A stretch of DNA of 24,000 nucleotides from Thermodesulfobacterium hydrogeniphilum (GCF_000746255.1 NZ_JQKW01000012.1:1-24000), one strand, 5' to 3'. Positions 11,321 to 19,167 are shown, numbered from the stretch's first letter. A program made the numbers and translations. The notes: generated by a model from the sequence alone, not told the origin.

Positions 11321-11981
11321 TAAGATTGCAGATAAATATGATAAATGGTATCAAACGAAAGTAGGAAACTATGTAGATACTACAGAAAAAGACCTGATTT
11401 TTTCTTTGCTAAAAAGTAAAAATGGATTAGCCTTGGATTTGGGTTGTGGAACAGGAAATTACACTTTGGAACTTTTTAAAAGAGGTTTTGAAGTGATAGG
11501 AGTTGATATAAGCAAAGAAATGCTAAAAATTGCTAAAAAGAAATTCCCTAAAAGCTTTTTTATAAGAGCAGATGCTTATAAATTACCCTTTAAAAAAGAA
11601 ACTTTTGATCTTGTTTTAAGTATTACTATGTTTGAGTTTATAAAAAAGCCTGAAGAGGTTCTAAAAGAGATTTATAAAATTTTAAAACCAGGAGGAGAAC
11701 TTATTATAGGAACTATGAATGAGAGAAGCCTCTGGTTTTTTTTTAAAAAACTTAAAAGCCTGTTTGTAGAAACAGCTTATAGATATGCCAATTTTTATAC
11801 TCCCAGTGAGCTTAAAAAATTATGTCTTTCCTGTGGATTTAGAGAAATAGAAGTAAGAGGTATTATTTATTTACCTTCATTTTTTCCTTTTTTAAATTTT
11901 GCTAAAAAATTGGATAAAAAGCTTGCTAACACTTTTTTAAAAAACATAGGAGCCTTTGTAGTTGTAAGATGTAAAAAATGA
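11304..11981 (+). CDS. Class I SAM-dependent methyltransferase (Methyltransf_11-like)
   Basis: 225-aa ORF. Motif I 'LDLGCGTGNYT', post-I 'VIGVDIS', motif 'LKPGGELIIG'. GTG start at 11304 preceded by GGAG (11293-11296). Overlaps the radical-SAM gene by 17 nt. Confidence 0.88.
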   Translation: MSNYFDKIADKYDKWYQTKVGNYVDTTEKDLIFSLLKSKNGLALDLGCGTGNYTLELFKRGFEVIGVDISKEMLKIAKKKFPKSFFIRADAYKLPFKKETFDLVLSITMFEFIKKPEEVLKEIYKILKPGGELIIGTMNERSLWFFFKKLKSLFVETAYRYANFYTPSELKKLCLSCGFREIEVRGIIYLPSFFPFLNFAKKLDKKLANTFLKNIGAFVVVRCKK

Positions 11982-11998
11982 GATAAGGAGTAATTTTT

Positions 11999-13117
11999 AT
12001 GAAAATAAAAGATCTAATTTATTTAGATTACAATGCTACCACACCTTGTTTACCAGAGGTAATAGAAGCTTTTAAGCTTTATTCCTTAGAATATTTTGCA
12101 AATCCAAGCTCAGGCCATAAATTTGGTATATTTGTAAAAGAACATTTAGAAAAGTTTCGCCAGAAAATAGCAGAACTTATAAATGCTGAACCAGAGGAAA
12201 TCTATTTTACTTCAGGAGGAACAGAATCTAATCATTTAGCTCTATTTGGAATAGCTTTAGCCAAAGAAAAAGGGCATATTTTAGTAAGTGCTTTTGAACA
12301 TCCCTCAGTTTTAAATCCGGCTGCAAAGCTTTTAGAACTTGGTTTTGATGTAGATTTTATACCTGTTAATTCTCAGGGTTATGTAGAACCTGGAGAAATA
12401 GAAAAACGCTTAAAATCTGATACTATATTAGTTTCTGTAATGTTTGCTAATAATGAAATAGGAACAATCCAGCCTGTAAAAGAAATAGCCCAAATCTGTA
12501 AAGAAAGAAAGATTATATTTCATACTGATGCCTGTCAGGCTGTAGGAAAAATTCCGGTTGATGTAAAAGAAATTGGATGTGATCTTTTAAGTATAGCAGG
12601 ACATAAAATGTATGCTCCCAAGGGGATAGGAGCTATTTTTATCAGAAAAAGTGTTGATATTTCTCCTTTATTTTTTGGAGGGGGACAGGAAAGAGGAATA
12701 AGACCAGGAACAGAGCCAGTAGGGCTTATTGCTGCTCTGGCTAAAGCTGCAGAAATAGCTAAAATAGATGTGGAAGCTGAAGCAGAAAGGCTTATCTATT
12801 TAAGAGAACAATTATACGAAGGCTTAAAAGAAATTTATCCTGAGCTTTATCGTTATGGTATTCCAGAAAAAACTCTACCCAACACCTTAACTATTTCTTT
12901 TGTAGGAAAAAAGGGAACTCAAATTTTAGCTGATCTTCATCAGATTTGTGCTTCTACAGGCTCTGCCTGCCATGATAGAAAAGGCTCACACACTCTTTTA
13001 GCTTTAAAAGTTAAGCCTGAAATAGCAGAAGGAACTATAAGGTTTTCCTTAGGAAGATATACTAATCTTGAAGATATAGAAAATACACTGGAATTTTTCC
13101 GTGAGTATTTTAAATGA
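11999..13117 (+). CDS. Cysteine desulfurase, NifS/IscS-like (class V aminotransferase fold)
   Basis: 372-aa ORF. PLP-lysine context 'SIAGHKMYAPKGIGA', 'TSGGTESN', and the catalytic Cys loop 'STGSACH' typical of group I desulfurases. SD 'aaggag' upstream. Confidence 0.9.
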   Translation: MKIKDLIYLDYNATTPCLPEVIEAFKLYSLEYFANPSSGHKFGIFVKEHLEKFRQKIAELINAEPEEIYFTSGGTESNHLALFGIALAKEKGHILVSAFEHPSVLNPAAKLLELGFDVDFIPVNSQGYVEPGEIEKRLKSDTILVSVMFANNEIGTIQPVKEIAQICKERKIIFHTDACQAVGKIPVDVKEIGCDLLSIAGHKMYAPKGIGAIFIRKSVDISPLFFGGGQERGIRPGTEPVGLIAALAKAAEIAKIDVEAEAERLIYLREQLYEGLKEIYPELYRYGIPEKTLPNTLTISFVGKKGTQILADLHQICASTGSACHDRKGSHTLLALKVKPEIAEGTIRFSLGRYTNLEDIENTLEFFREYFK

Positions 13118-14046
13118 TGTTTAAAAACACAGGACAGATATTTTTAATAAAATCCTTTGATCTTAGCTTAGAAGAAAAATCTTTTTATAAAGATTTAAAT
13201 TTTAAGCACTTTATATTTTTTAAAGAGCATTTTAAAAGAGATTTTAGAGCTTATTTAGAGAATCTTAAACAGAATTTAAATCTGGGTTTTTTGGCTGTGG
13301 ATCAGGAAGGGGGAAGGGTTTGTAGGATAGATGGTGATTTCAAGTCCCCCTTAGAAATAGCCAGTTTATATCAGGAAAAAAAGGATGAAAATATAGTAAG
13401 ATCCTGGGCTAAAAAAATAGCTGAAACAGTAAAGAATTACAACCTTAATTTAAATCTTGCTCCTTGTGTAGATTTGGCGGATGAAAAAGTAGAGGATTTT
13501 TTGAGAAACAGAACCTTTGGAAAAGATCCTGATCTTGTTAAAAGACTTGCTAAAATTTTTATAGAGGAACATAAAAAACAAAGTATATTCACTTGTATTA
13601 AGCATTTTCCAGGATTAAAAGATATTGAAATAGATCCACATAAAGAACTTCCTTTTAAAGAAAGACTTGATAAGGAAAGTCTTAAAGTTTTTAAATTTTT
13701 TATAAAAAAAAATATGTCTTTTATTATGACTACTCATATTTTAATTAAAGAAATAGAAAATATTCCTGTAACTTTTTCTGAAAAAATGATAAGTTTTTTA
13801 AGAAAAAAATTGAATTATAAAGGACTGATTTTTACAGATGATTTAAATATGGGGGCGTTAAATAAGTGGGAACTTCAGGAGAGGATTATTTTAAGCATAG
13901 CAAGTGGCCATAATATTCTTATTTTTTGTGGATACTGGGAAAATTTAGCTCAAGCTATTTTTGATATAAAATCAGAGTTAGAAAAAAGTCAGATATTAAA
14001 AGAAAGACTCAAAGAGAGTCTGTTTGTTTTAAAAAGATATTTTTAA
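13114..14046 (+). CDS. nagZ: Glycoside hydrolase family 3 N-terminal domain protein (beta-N-acetylhexosaminidase, NagZ-like)
   Basis: 310-aa ORF with GH3 motifs 'VDQEGGRV', 'KHFPG' and 'FTDDLNMGA'. ATGA start/stop overlap with the desulfurase gene. Confidence 0.8.
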   Translation: MMFKNTGQIFLIKSFDLSLEEKSFYKDLNFKHFIFFKEHFKRDFRAYLENLKQNLNLGFLAVDQEGGRVCRIDGDFKSPLEIASLYQEKKDENIVRSWAKKIAETVKNYNLNLNLAPCVDLADEKVEDFLRNRTFGKDPDLVKRLAKIFIEEHKKQSIFTCIKHFPGLKDIEIDPHKELPFKERLDKESLKVFKFFIKKNMSFIMTTHILIKEIENIPVTFSEKMISFLRKKLNYKGLIFTDDLNMGALNKWELQERIILSIASGHNILIFCGYWENLAQAIFDIKSELEKSQILKERLKESLFVLKRYF

Positions 14047-15228
14047 AAGATAAAATATCCACAGGATAATTGATACTAAAAATACAGAAGGTGTAAGATA
14101 TTTATATACTTTCACCAGATCAGCTTTATAATATTTAGAAGTCAAGATTAAACAGAGATGAAGAGGAGAAAGCATAACTCCCATTAATCCTCCACCGAAA
14201 ATTAACATAAAATTTAAAGGATTAAAAAAACTTCCCATACCACTGAAATTTAAAAGTAAAGGAAAAACTATAGCAGAAAATCCTAATTCTATACCTACTG
14301 CAAAACCTATTATAAAGGAAAGCATAAAAGCAGCAAATGGAATAGGAATATGAAACATTTTTAAATCCTCAAAAAATATTTGAGCAGAATTAGTATAAAT
14401 AATAAGATGTTTGTAAAACATTACTCCTATAATAAGAAGAAGGATACCAGGATCAAGAGAATTTCTTAAAATCCCTTTTATTTGTGATGGTTTAGGGTGT
14501 TTATGAAAATAAAGTAGGGCTATTGTACATGGAATAGTAATCAGAAGTTTTATGTGAAAAAAGAAGGAGAGGATAATTATTAAAATAAGGGGATATAAAG
14601 AAGAAATAACAGATTTAAGATCATTTAAATTAAAAGAAGTTTTTGTGCGCATTTTAAAGAAATCTTTCATAAAAATAAAAATCATAATTATCATTGCCAG
14701 AGTTATTAAATAATCTGCTTCAATTATCTTTAAAAGTTCGGCATTTGTTATAGTTTTTGCAAGGATAAAGCTTGGGTAAAGAGGCCATACAGCAACCCAT
14801 AGATGTCTACACCAATAATTTATAAAAGTGGCTTTTACTGGATCCACTTGATATTTTAAAACAAGGTCTTTTATCATTATAGCTGATACTAAAGCTCCTC
14901 CAGGCATTGGTAGAAATCCTACTATAGCTGGCAAAATGATTAGACTCATTTTACCAGTAAGTGCTTCAATTTTCTCACTTAGGTTTTGGAATAGACCAAA
15001 CTCTTGCATAGAGAATCCTAAGATAAAAGCAGAAACAATAAGAACTATAAGTTCTAAAGTGTCTTTAGAAGTAATAGTGATAAGAAATCTTGTTAAAGTT
15101 TTTTCTTTAATAGTAAGAAATCCAAGAACAAAAGATCCTATTAATATAGCAAGAGTAACACTCTTTTTAGTGCGAATTATGAAAAGAATTATAAATATAG
15201 AAAGAAGCAATGCAAAACATGGATTCAT
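14029..15228 (-). CDS. Polytopic integral membrane protein, putative permease (possibly DUF401/TIGR00529-like)
   Basis: 399-aa ORF, hydrophobic almost throughout (at least 10 predicted TM stretches by eye). No catalytic motif recognised, so the family name is tentative. Confidence 0.7.
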   Translation of the reverse strand: MNPCFALLLSIFIILFIIRTKKSVTLAILIGSFVLGFLTIKEKTLTRFLITITSKDTLELIVLIVSAFILGFSMQEFGLFQNLSEKIEALTGKMSLIILPAIVGFLPMPGGALVSAIMIKDLVLKYQVDPVKATFINYWCRHLWVAVWPLYPSFILAKTITNAELLKIIEADYLITLAMIIMIFIFMKDFFKMRTKTSFNLNDLKSVISSLYPLILIIILSFFFHIKLLITIPCTIALLYFHKHPKPSQIKGILRNSLDPGILLLIIGVMFYKHLIIYTNSAQIFFEDLKMFHIPIPFAAFMLSFIIGFAVGIELGFSAIVFPLLLNFSGMGSFFNPLNFMLIFGGGLMGVMLSPLHLCLILTSKYYKADLVKVYKYLTPSVFLVSIILWIFYLLKISF

Positions 15229-15264
15229 AATGTTTTAAATTATAATACAAATTTTAATAAAAAC

Positions 15265-15292
15265 TTGGATGATATTTGGAAAGAGGTATAAT
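15265..15292 (+). promoter_or_regulatory. Candidate sigma70-type promoter for the fumarase alpha gene
   Basis: TTGGAT (15265-15270), 16 nt, TATAAT (15287-15292), about 39 nt upstream of the ATG at 15331. Confidence 0.35.
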
Positions 15293-15330
15293 TATTTTAA
15301 TATCAAAAATAATTGAAAAGGAAATGAAAA

Positions 15331-16170
15331 ATGAGCAAGAAGGTTTTATATGAGGAAGTGGTATCAGCAGTAAAAGAGGGATATATTAAAGCCTGTAAAA
15401 AGCTTCCAGAAAATGTAATAAAGTTTTTTGAAGAAGCATTAAAAAAGGAGAAAAATCTTTTAGCAAAAGCTGTTTTTGAGGTATTAATAGAAAACAGCAG
15501 AATAGCTGAGAAAGAAGCACTTCCTCTTTGTCAGGATACTGGTATTCCTGTAGTATGGGTAAGAATAGGGGAAAAGATAAAGATTGAGAATTTAGAGAAG
15601 GCTATTAATGAAGGTTTAGCTTTGGCTCAAAAAGAAGGGTATCTCAGAGCTTCTGTTTGTGATCCTCTTACCAGAAAGAATACAGGAACAAATACTCCTG
15701 CTGTAATTCATTATGAAATTGTGCCAGAAGATATATTTGAAATAGAACTTTTGCCAAAGGGATGTGGAAGTGAGAATATGAGTGCTCTTGCTATGTTATC
15801 TCCTTCAGCTGGTGTTGAAGGGATTAAAAATTTTGTAATAGAAACAGTTAAAAAAGCAGGACCTAATCCTTGTCCACCGGTTATTGTAGGAGTAGGGATA
15901 GGAGGAGATTTTGAAAAATCTGCACTTTTAGCCAAAAGGGCTTTATATAGAGAAATTGGTGCTTTAAATTCAGATCCAGAAATTGCAAAAATAGAGAAAG
16001 AACTTTTAGAAAAAATAAATACTCTTGGTATAGGTCCTTTGGGTTTTAAAGGAAATATCACATGTTTAGCAGTGCATATAGAAACTCATCCCTGTCATAT
16101 AGCCAGTTTACCTGTGGCTGTGAATATACAATGTCATTGCGCGAGAATTTTTAAAATAAAATTTTTATAA
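15331..16170 (+). CDS. Fe-S type (class I) fumarate hydratase / tartrate dehydratase family, alpha subunit
   Basis: 279-aa ORF. 'LCQDTGIPVV' (CQDTG motif), 'KGCGSENMS', and C-terminal Cys/His-rich 'HPCHIASLPVAVNIQCHC', typical of the N-terminal/alpha part of class I hydrolyases. Confidence 0.9.
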   Translation: MSKKVLYEEVVSAVKEGYIKACKKLPENVIKFFEEALKKEKNLLAKAVFEVLIENSRIAEKEALPLCQDTGIPVVWVRIGEKIKIENLEKAINEGLALAQKEGYLRASVCDPLTRKNTGTNTPAVIHYEIVPEDIFEIELLPKGCGSENMSALAMLSPSAGVEGIKNFVIETVKKAGPNPCPPVIVGVGIGGDFEKSALLAKRALYREIGALNSDPEIAKIEKELLEKINTLGIGPLGFKGNITCLAVHIETHPCHIASLPVAVNIQCHCARIFKIKFL

Positions 16171-16180
16171 TGGAAAAATT

Positions 16181-16909
16181 ATGAAAGCTTTTCTGAAATA
16201 TTTTTTAATTTTTTCAGTTTTAGCCTTTTGGGGATGTGGAAAAAAAAGTCCACCTTTATCTATAGAACAGAGTATCCCCAAGGATATTTATTTTGAGGTT
16301 AAAGCAACTCAGGCAGGTTTTGAACTACTTATTAATTTACCTACTGAAACAAGAGGAGGATATCCTTTAACAAAAATTAAAAAATTAATTATAGAAAAAA
16401 AAGAGATTCCTTTGGATATTCCAAAAGCTAAAGAAAAAGTTTATAAAATAAAACTCTCTCCGAAATTACACTCTGCAGGAAATTTAATAATTTATAATGA
16501 CTATAAAGTAAAAAATAGATATGCTTACACTTATAGAATAAAAATAGAAAAAGATTTTTTAGTAAAAACTTCATATACAGAACCAATAACAGTTTATTGG
16601 CACAATCCACCAGGACTTCCCAAAAATTTTAAAATAATTCCATATGAAAAGAATATGGTTATATTATCTTGGGAAAAACCTGTTCATGATATTTATGGAC
16701 TTTATTTAGAAGGAACAATTTTTTATGAAATAGAGAAAATTACAGATAGCAAAACAGAGATTATAAAGATAAAGAATAAAAAAGAGTTTTGGGATAAAAT
16801 AGACTCTTCTCAAAGGACTTGTTATAGTATAAGAGCAGTGCTTAATTTTAGAGGAACTCCTATTCCAGGTCCTAAAATTCCTGAAAAATGTATAAAAATT
16901 GATAAATAA
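16181..16909 (+). CDS. Lipoprotein of unknown function with two FN3/Ig-like beta-sandwich modules
   Basis: 242-aa ORF. Signal peptide plus lipobox 'LAFWGC'. FN3-like signatures 'PPGLPKNFKIIPYEKNMVILSWEKP ... CYSIRAVLNFRGTPIPGP', plus an earlier module ending 'YAYTYRIKI'. Confidence 0.8.
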   Translation: MKAFLKYFLIFSVLAFWGCGKKSPPLSIEQSIPKDIYFEVKATQAGFELLINLPTETRGGYPLTKIKKLIIEKKEIPLDIPKAKEKVYKIKLSPKLHSAGNLIIYNDYKVKNRYAYTYRIKIEKDFLVKTSYTEPITVYWHNPPGLPKNFKIIPYEKNMVILSWEKPVHDIYGLYLEGTIFYEIEKITDSKTEIIKIKNKKEFWDKIDSSQRTCYSIRAVLNFRGTPIPGPKIPEKCIKIDK

Positions 16910-16928
16910 ACTAAAAATGTTTTTCTCT

Positions 16929-16955
16929 TTGCGTTTTAAATTTTTGTGGTATAGT
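16929..16955 (+). promoter_or_regulatory. Candidate promoter (extended -10) for the CBS/DUF39 operon
   Basis: TTGCGT (16929-16934), 15 nt, then 'tgg' + TATAGT (16950-16955), i.e. a TGnTATAGT extended -10, about 35 nt upstream of the CBS gene start. Confidence 0.3.
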
Positions 16956-16990
16956 TTTTCAAATAAAATTTAATTATCTGGAGTATTGCC

Positions 16991-17587
16991 TTGATGAAAG
17001 TTAAAAATTGGATGATTACAGATTTAATTACTGCTACTCCAAATAATACAGTAGAAGAAGCTATACAATTAATGAAAAAACATTCTATTAGGCATTTACC
17101 TATTATGGAAAAAGGAAAATTAGCGGGATTTGTTACAGAAAGTAATCTTAGACCTTATTTGTATCCAGAAAAGCTGCAACTTCCTTTAAAGGAAGTTATG
17201 ATTTTAAATCCTATTACTATAACTCCTGACACCTCTATTGATGAAGCTGCAAAAATTATCTATAAATATAAAATTGGAGGATTACCTGTAGTTAATCAGG
17301 GGAAATTGGTAGGAATAATTACTATAACAGATATTTTAGAAGCCTTTATAGAATTGATGGGGATCTTAAGAGCTTCTTCTCGTTTAGATGTTATTCCTAA
17401 TAAGGGAAATCTTGATGAAGTTCTGGAAATTATAAGAAAAGGCGGAGGAAAGGTTATTTCTATAGGAATGGATGTTAATCTTGATGGAGAAAAGGTTTAT
17501 TTTATAAGACTTGAAAAAATAGCCTTAGATAAAATAGCTTCTGATTTAGAAGCTTATGGTCATAAGGTAGTTGCTTTGATAGAATAG
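16991..17587 (+). CDS. CBS-domain pair protein with C-terminal ACT-like domain
   Basis: 198-aa ORF with two CBS repeats ('LITATPNNTVEEAIQLMKKHSIRHLPIMEKGKLAGFVTESNL' and 'PITITPDTSIDEAAKIIYKYKIGGLPVVNQGKLVGIITITDI'). The start is either TTG 16991 (7 nt after GGAG) or ATG 16994. Confidence 0.85.
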   Translation: MMKVKNWMITDLITATPNNTVEEAIQLMKKHSIRHLPIMEKGKLAGFVTESNLRPYLYPEKLQLPLKEVMILNPITITPDTSIDEAAKIIYKYKIGGLPVVNQGKLVGIITITDILEAFIELMGILRASSRLDVIPNKGNLDEVLEIIRKGGGKVISIGMDVNLDGEKVYFIRLEKIALDKIASDLEAYGHKVVALIE

Positions 17588-17597
17588 GAGGAAATTG

Positions 17598-18785
17598 ATG
17601 GAAGAATTTAAAGTGAGAAAAACTATAGAAGAAATAAATAAAAAAATAGAAAAAGGAGAAGCTGTAGTTTTAACTGCAGAGGAGTTCTGTAAATTCGTTA
17701 AAGAGGTGGGTCCTGTTCAAGCAGCCAAAGAGGTGGATGTAGTTACCACTGGAACTTTTTCTCCTATGTGTTCTTCAGGAGCTTTTATTAATTTTGGTCA
17801 TACTACACCCACTATTAAAGCCTATAGAGTTTGGCTAAATGATGTTCCAGCTTATGCTGGAATCGCAGCAGTAGATATTTATATTGGAGCTGCAGAACCA
17901 AGAGAGGATGATCCTCTAAATAAAGTATTTCCTGGCCAGTTTCTTTACGGTGGAGGCCATGTTATTCATGATCTTGTAGCAGGTAAAAAAATTCATTTAA
18001 GAGCTATTGGTTATGGAACACATTGTTACCCCAGAAAATCTTTTGAAACAGAAATAACCATCCATGATTTAGTAAATGCGGTTTTATGTAATCCAAGAAA
18101 TTGTTATCAAAATTATTGCTGTGCCATAAATTTATCTGATAAGATGCTTTATACTTATATGGGAGTATTAAAGCCTAATTTAGGAAATGCTAATTATGCT
18201 ACAGCGGGATGTTTATCACCTTTATTAAAGGATCCTTATTTAAAAACTATAGGAATAGGAACTCGGATATTCTTAGGTGGAACTAAAGGTTATGTAATTT
18301 GGGCAGGAACTCAATATAAAACAGAAGTTAAACGAACTCCTAAGGGTGTGCCTATTCAACCTGCAGCAACATTAATGGTAATAGGTAATCTTAAAGAGAT
18401 GAGTCCTGAATGGTTAGTAGGAACAAGTCATATAGGTTATGGTTGCTCTATGGCTGTAGGTTTAGGAATTCCTATACCTATTCTTAATGAACAGATAGCA
18501 GAATGGGCTGGTCTTTCTGATGAAGATCTTTTTACTCAAGTAATAGATTATTCCTATGATTATCCTAATGGTATTCAACGTAATTATGGAATAGTAAGTT
18601 ATGCAGAACTTAAAAGTGGAAAGATAAATATCCTTGGAAAGGAAGTACCTACCTGTCCTGTTTCCAGTTTACCTAAAGCAAGAAAAATTGCAGAAATATT
18701 AAAAACTTGGATAAAAAATGGAGAGATGTTGTTAACTGAACCTGTTGCCAGTTTACCAGGAGCTACTTTATTTTCCATGAGATAA
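17598..18785 (+). CDS. DUF39/COG1900-family homocysteine biosynthesis protein (sulfide-dependent, MA1821/MJ0100 N-domain type)
   Basis: About 395-aa ORF. The N-terminus 'KTIEEINKKIEKGEAVVLTAEEF...VDVVTTGTFSPMCSSGAFINFGH' matches my recollection of DUF39 proteins. ATG 17598 is preferred over the track's TTG 17595 because AGGAGG (17586-17591) sits 6 nt from the ATG and only 3 nt from the TTG. Confidence 0.8.
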   Translation: MEEFKVRKTIEEINKKIEKGEAVVLTAEEFCKFVKEVGPVQAAKEVDVVTTGTFSPMCSSGAFINFGHTTPTIKAYRVWLNDVPAYAGIAAVDIYIGAAEPREDDPLNKVFPGQFLYGGGHVIHDLVAGKKIHLRAIGYGTHCYPRKSFETEITIHDLVNAVLCNPRNCYQNYCCAINLSDKMLYTYMGVLKPNLGNANYATAGCLSPLLKDPYLKTIGIGTRIFLGGTKGYVIWAGTQYKTEVKRTPKGVPIQPAATLMVIGNLKEMSPEWLVGTSHIGYGCSMAVGLGIPIPILNEQIAEWAGLSDEDLFTQVIDYSYDYPNGIQRNYGIVSYAELKSGKINILGKEVPTCPVSSLPKARKIAEILKTWIKNGEMLLTEPVASLPGATLFSMR

Positions 18786-18798
18786 AAAGGGAGGAATT

Positions 18799-19161
18799 AT
18801 GGAAGGATTTTTGTTAATTTTTCAGATAATTTTATCTATATTAATAGTGCTTATTGTATTAGTGAATGTAACAAAAGGTTCTGAATATGGAGCAGTTTTT
18901 AGAGGAGCTGAGACCATTTTTGGAGGAGCGGGTCCCACAAGTTTTTTAAATAAAGTTACCATGATTTTGATTGTTTTGTTTTTTTTAAATTCTCTTTTAC
19001 TTACCAAACTTATTACAGAAAAAAACAAGTCTGTTATGTTTAAAATTCCTCAAGCAACTACCAAAGTAAAAACTCGATCAGAAATTCCCACACCTCCTGA
19101 GACTATCCCAGTTCCTCCTAAAAAAGAAGTTAATCCTTCAGAAAATACTTCTAAAAAGTAA
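18799..19161 (+). CDS. secG: Preprotein translocase subunit SecG with a Pro/Lys-rich C-terminal extension
   Basis: 120-aa ORF. Two TM helices flank a Gly-rich loop, 'KGSEYGAVFRGAETIFGGAGPTSFLNKVT', the SecG pattern. SD 'gggagg' upstream. Confidence 0.7.
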   Translation: MEGFLLIFQIILSILIVLIVLVNVTKGSEYGAVFRGAETIFGGAGPTSFLNKVTMILIVLFFLNSLLLTKLITEKNKSVMFKIPQATTKVKTRSEIPTPPETIPVPPKKEVNPSENTSKK

Positions 19162-19167
19162 TTTGGA

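Noticed and set aside
14936-15238. 100-aa plus-strand ORF over the 5' end of the minus-strand membrane-protein gene
   Set aside because: Antisense shadow ORF of a strongly hydrophobic CDS. No SD and no motif.
15324-15353. Nine-codon upstream ORF (ATG 15324) overlapping the fumarase start out of frame
   Set aside because: The purine-rich SD-like 'aaagga' is only 2 nt from this ATG but at good distance from the 15331 ATG. There is no leader-peptide logic.
15711-16061. 116-aa ORF antisense to the fumarase alpha gene
   Set aside because: It lies entirely within, and antisense to, a well-supported CDS. The translation is low-complexity (Ser/Pro/Ile-rich), with no SD and no recognisable motif, so it is a shadow ORF.
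16910-16990. Possible SAM or other riboswitch upstream of the CBS/DUF39 (homocysteine) genes
   Set aside because: The gap is only ~80 nt and almost entirely A+T. It has none of the G+C-rich paired elements a SAM-I/II or T-box leader needs.
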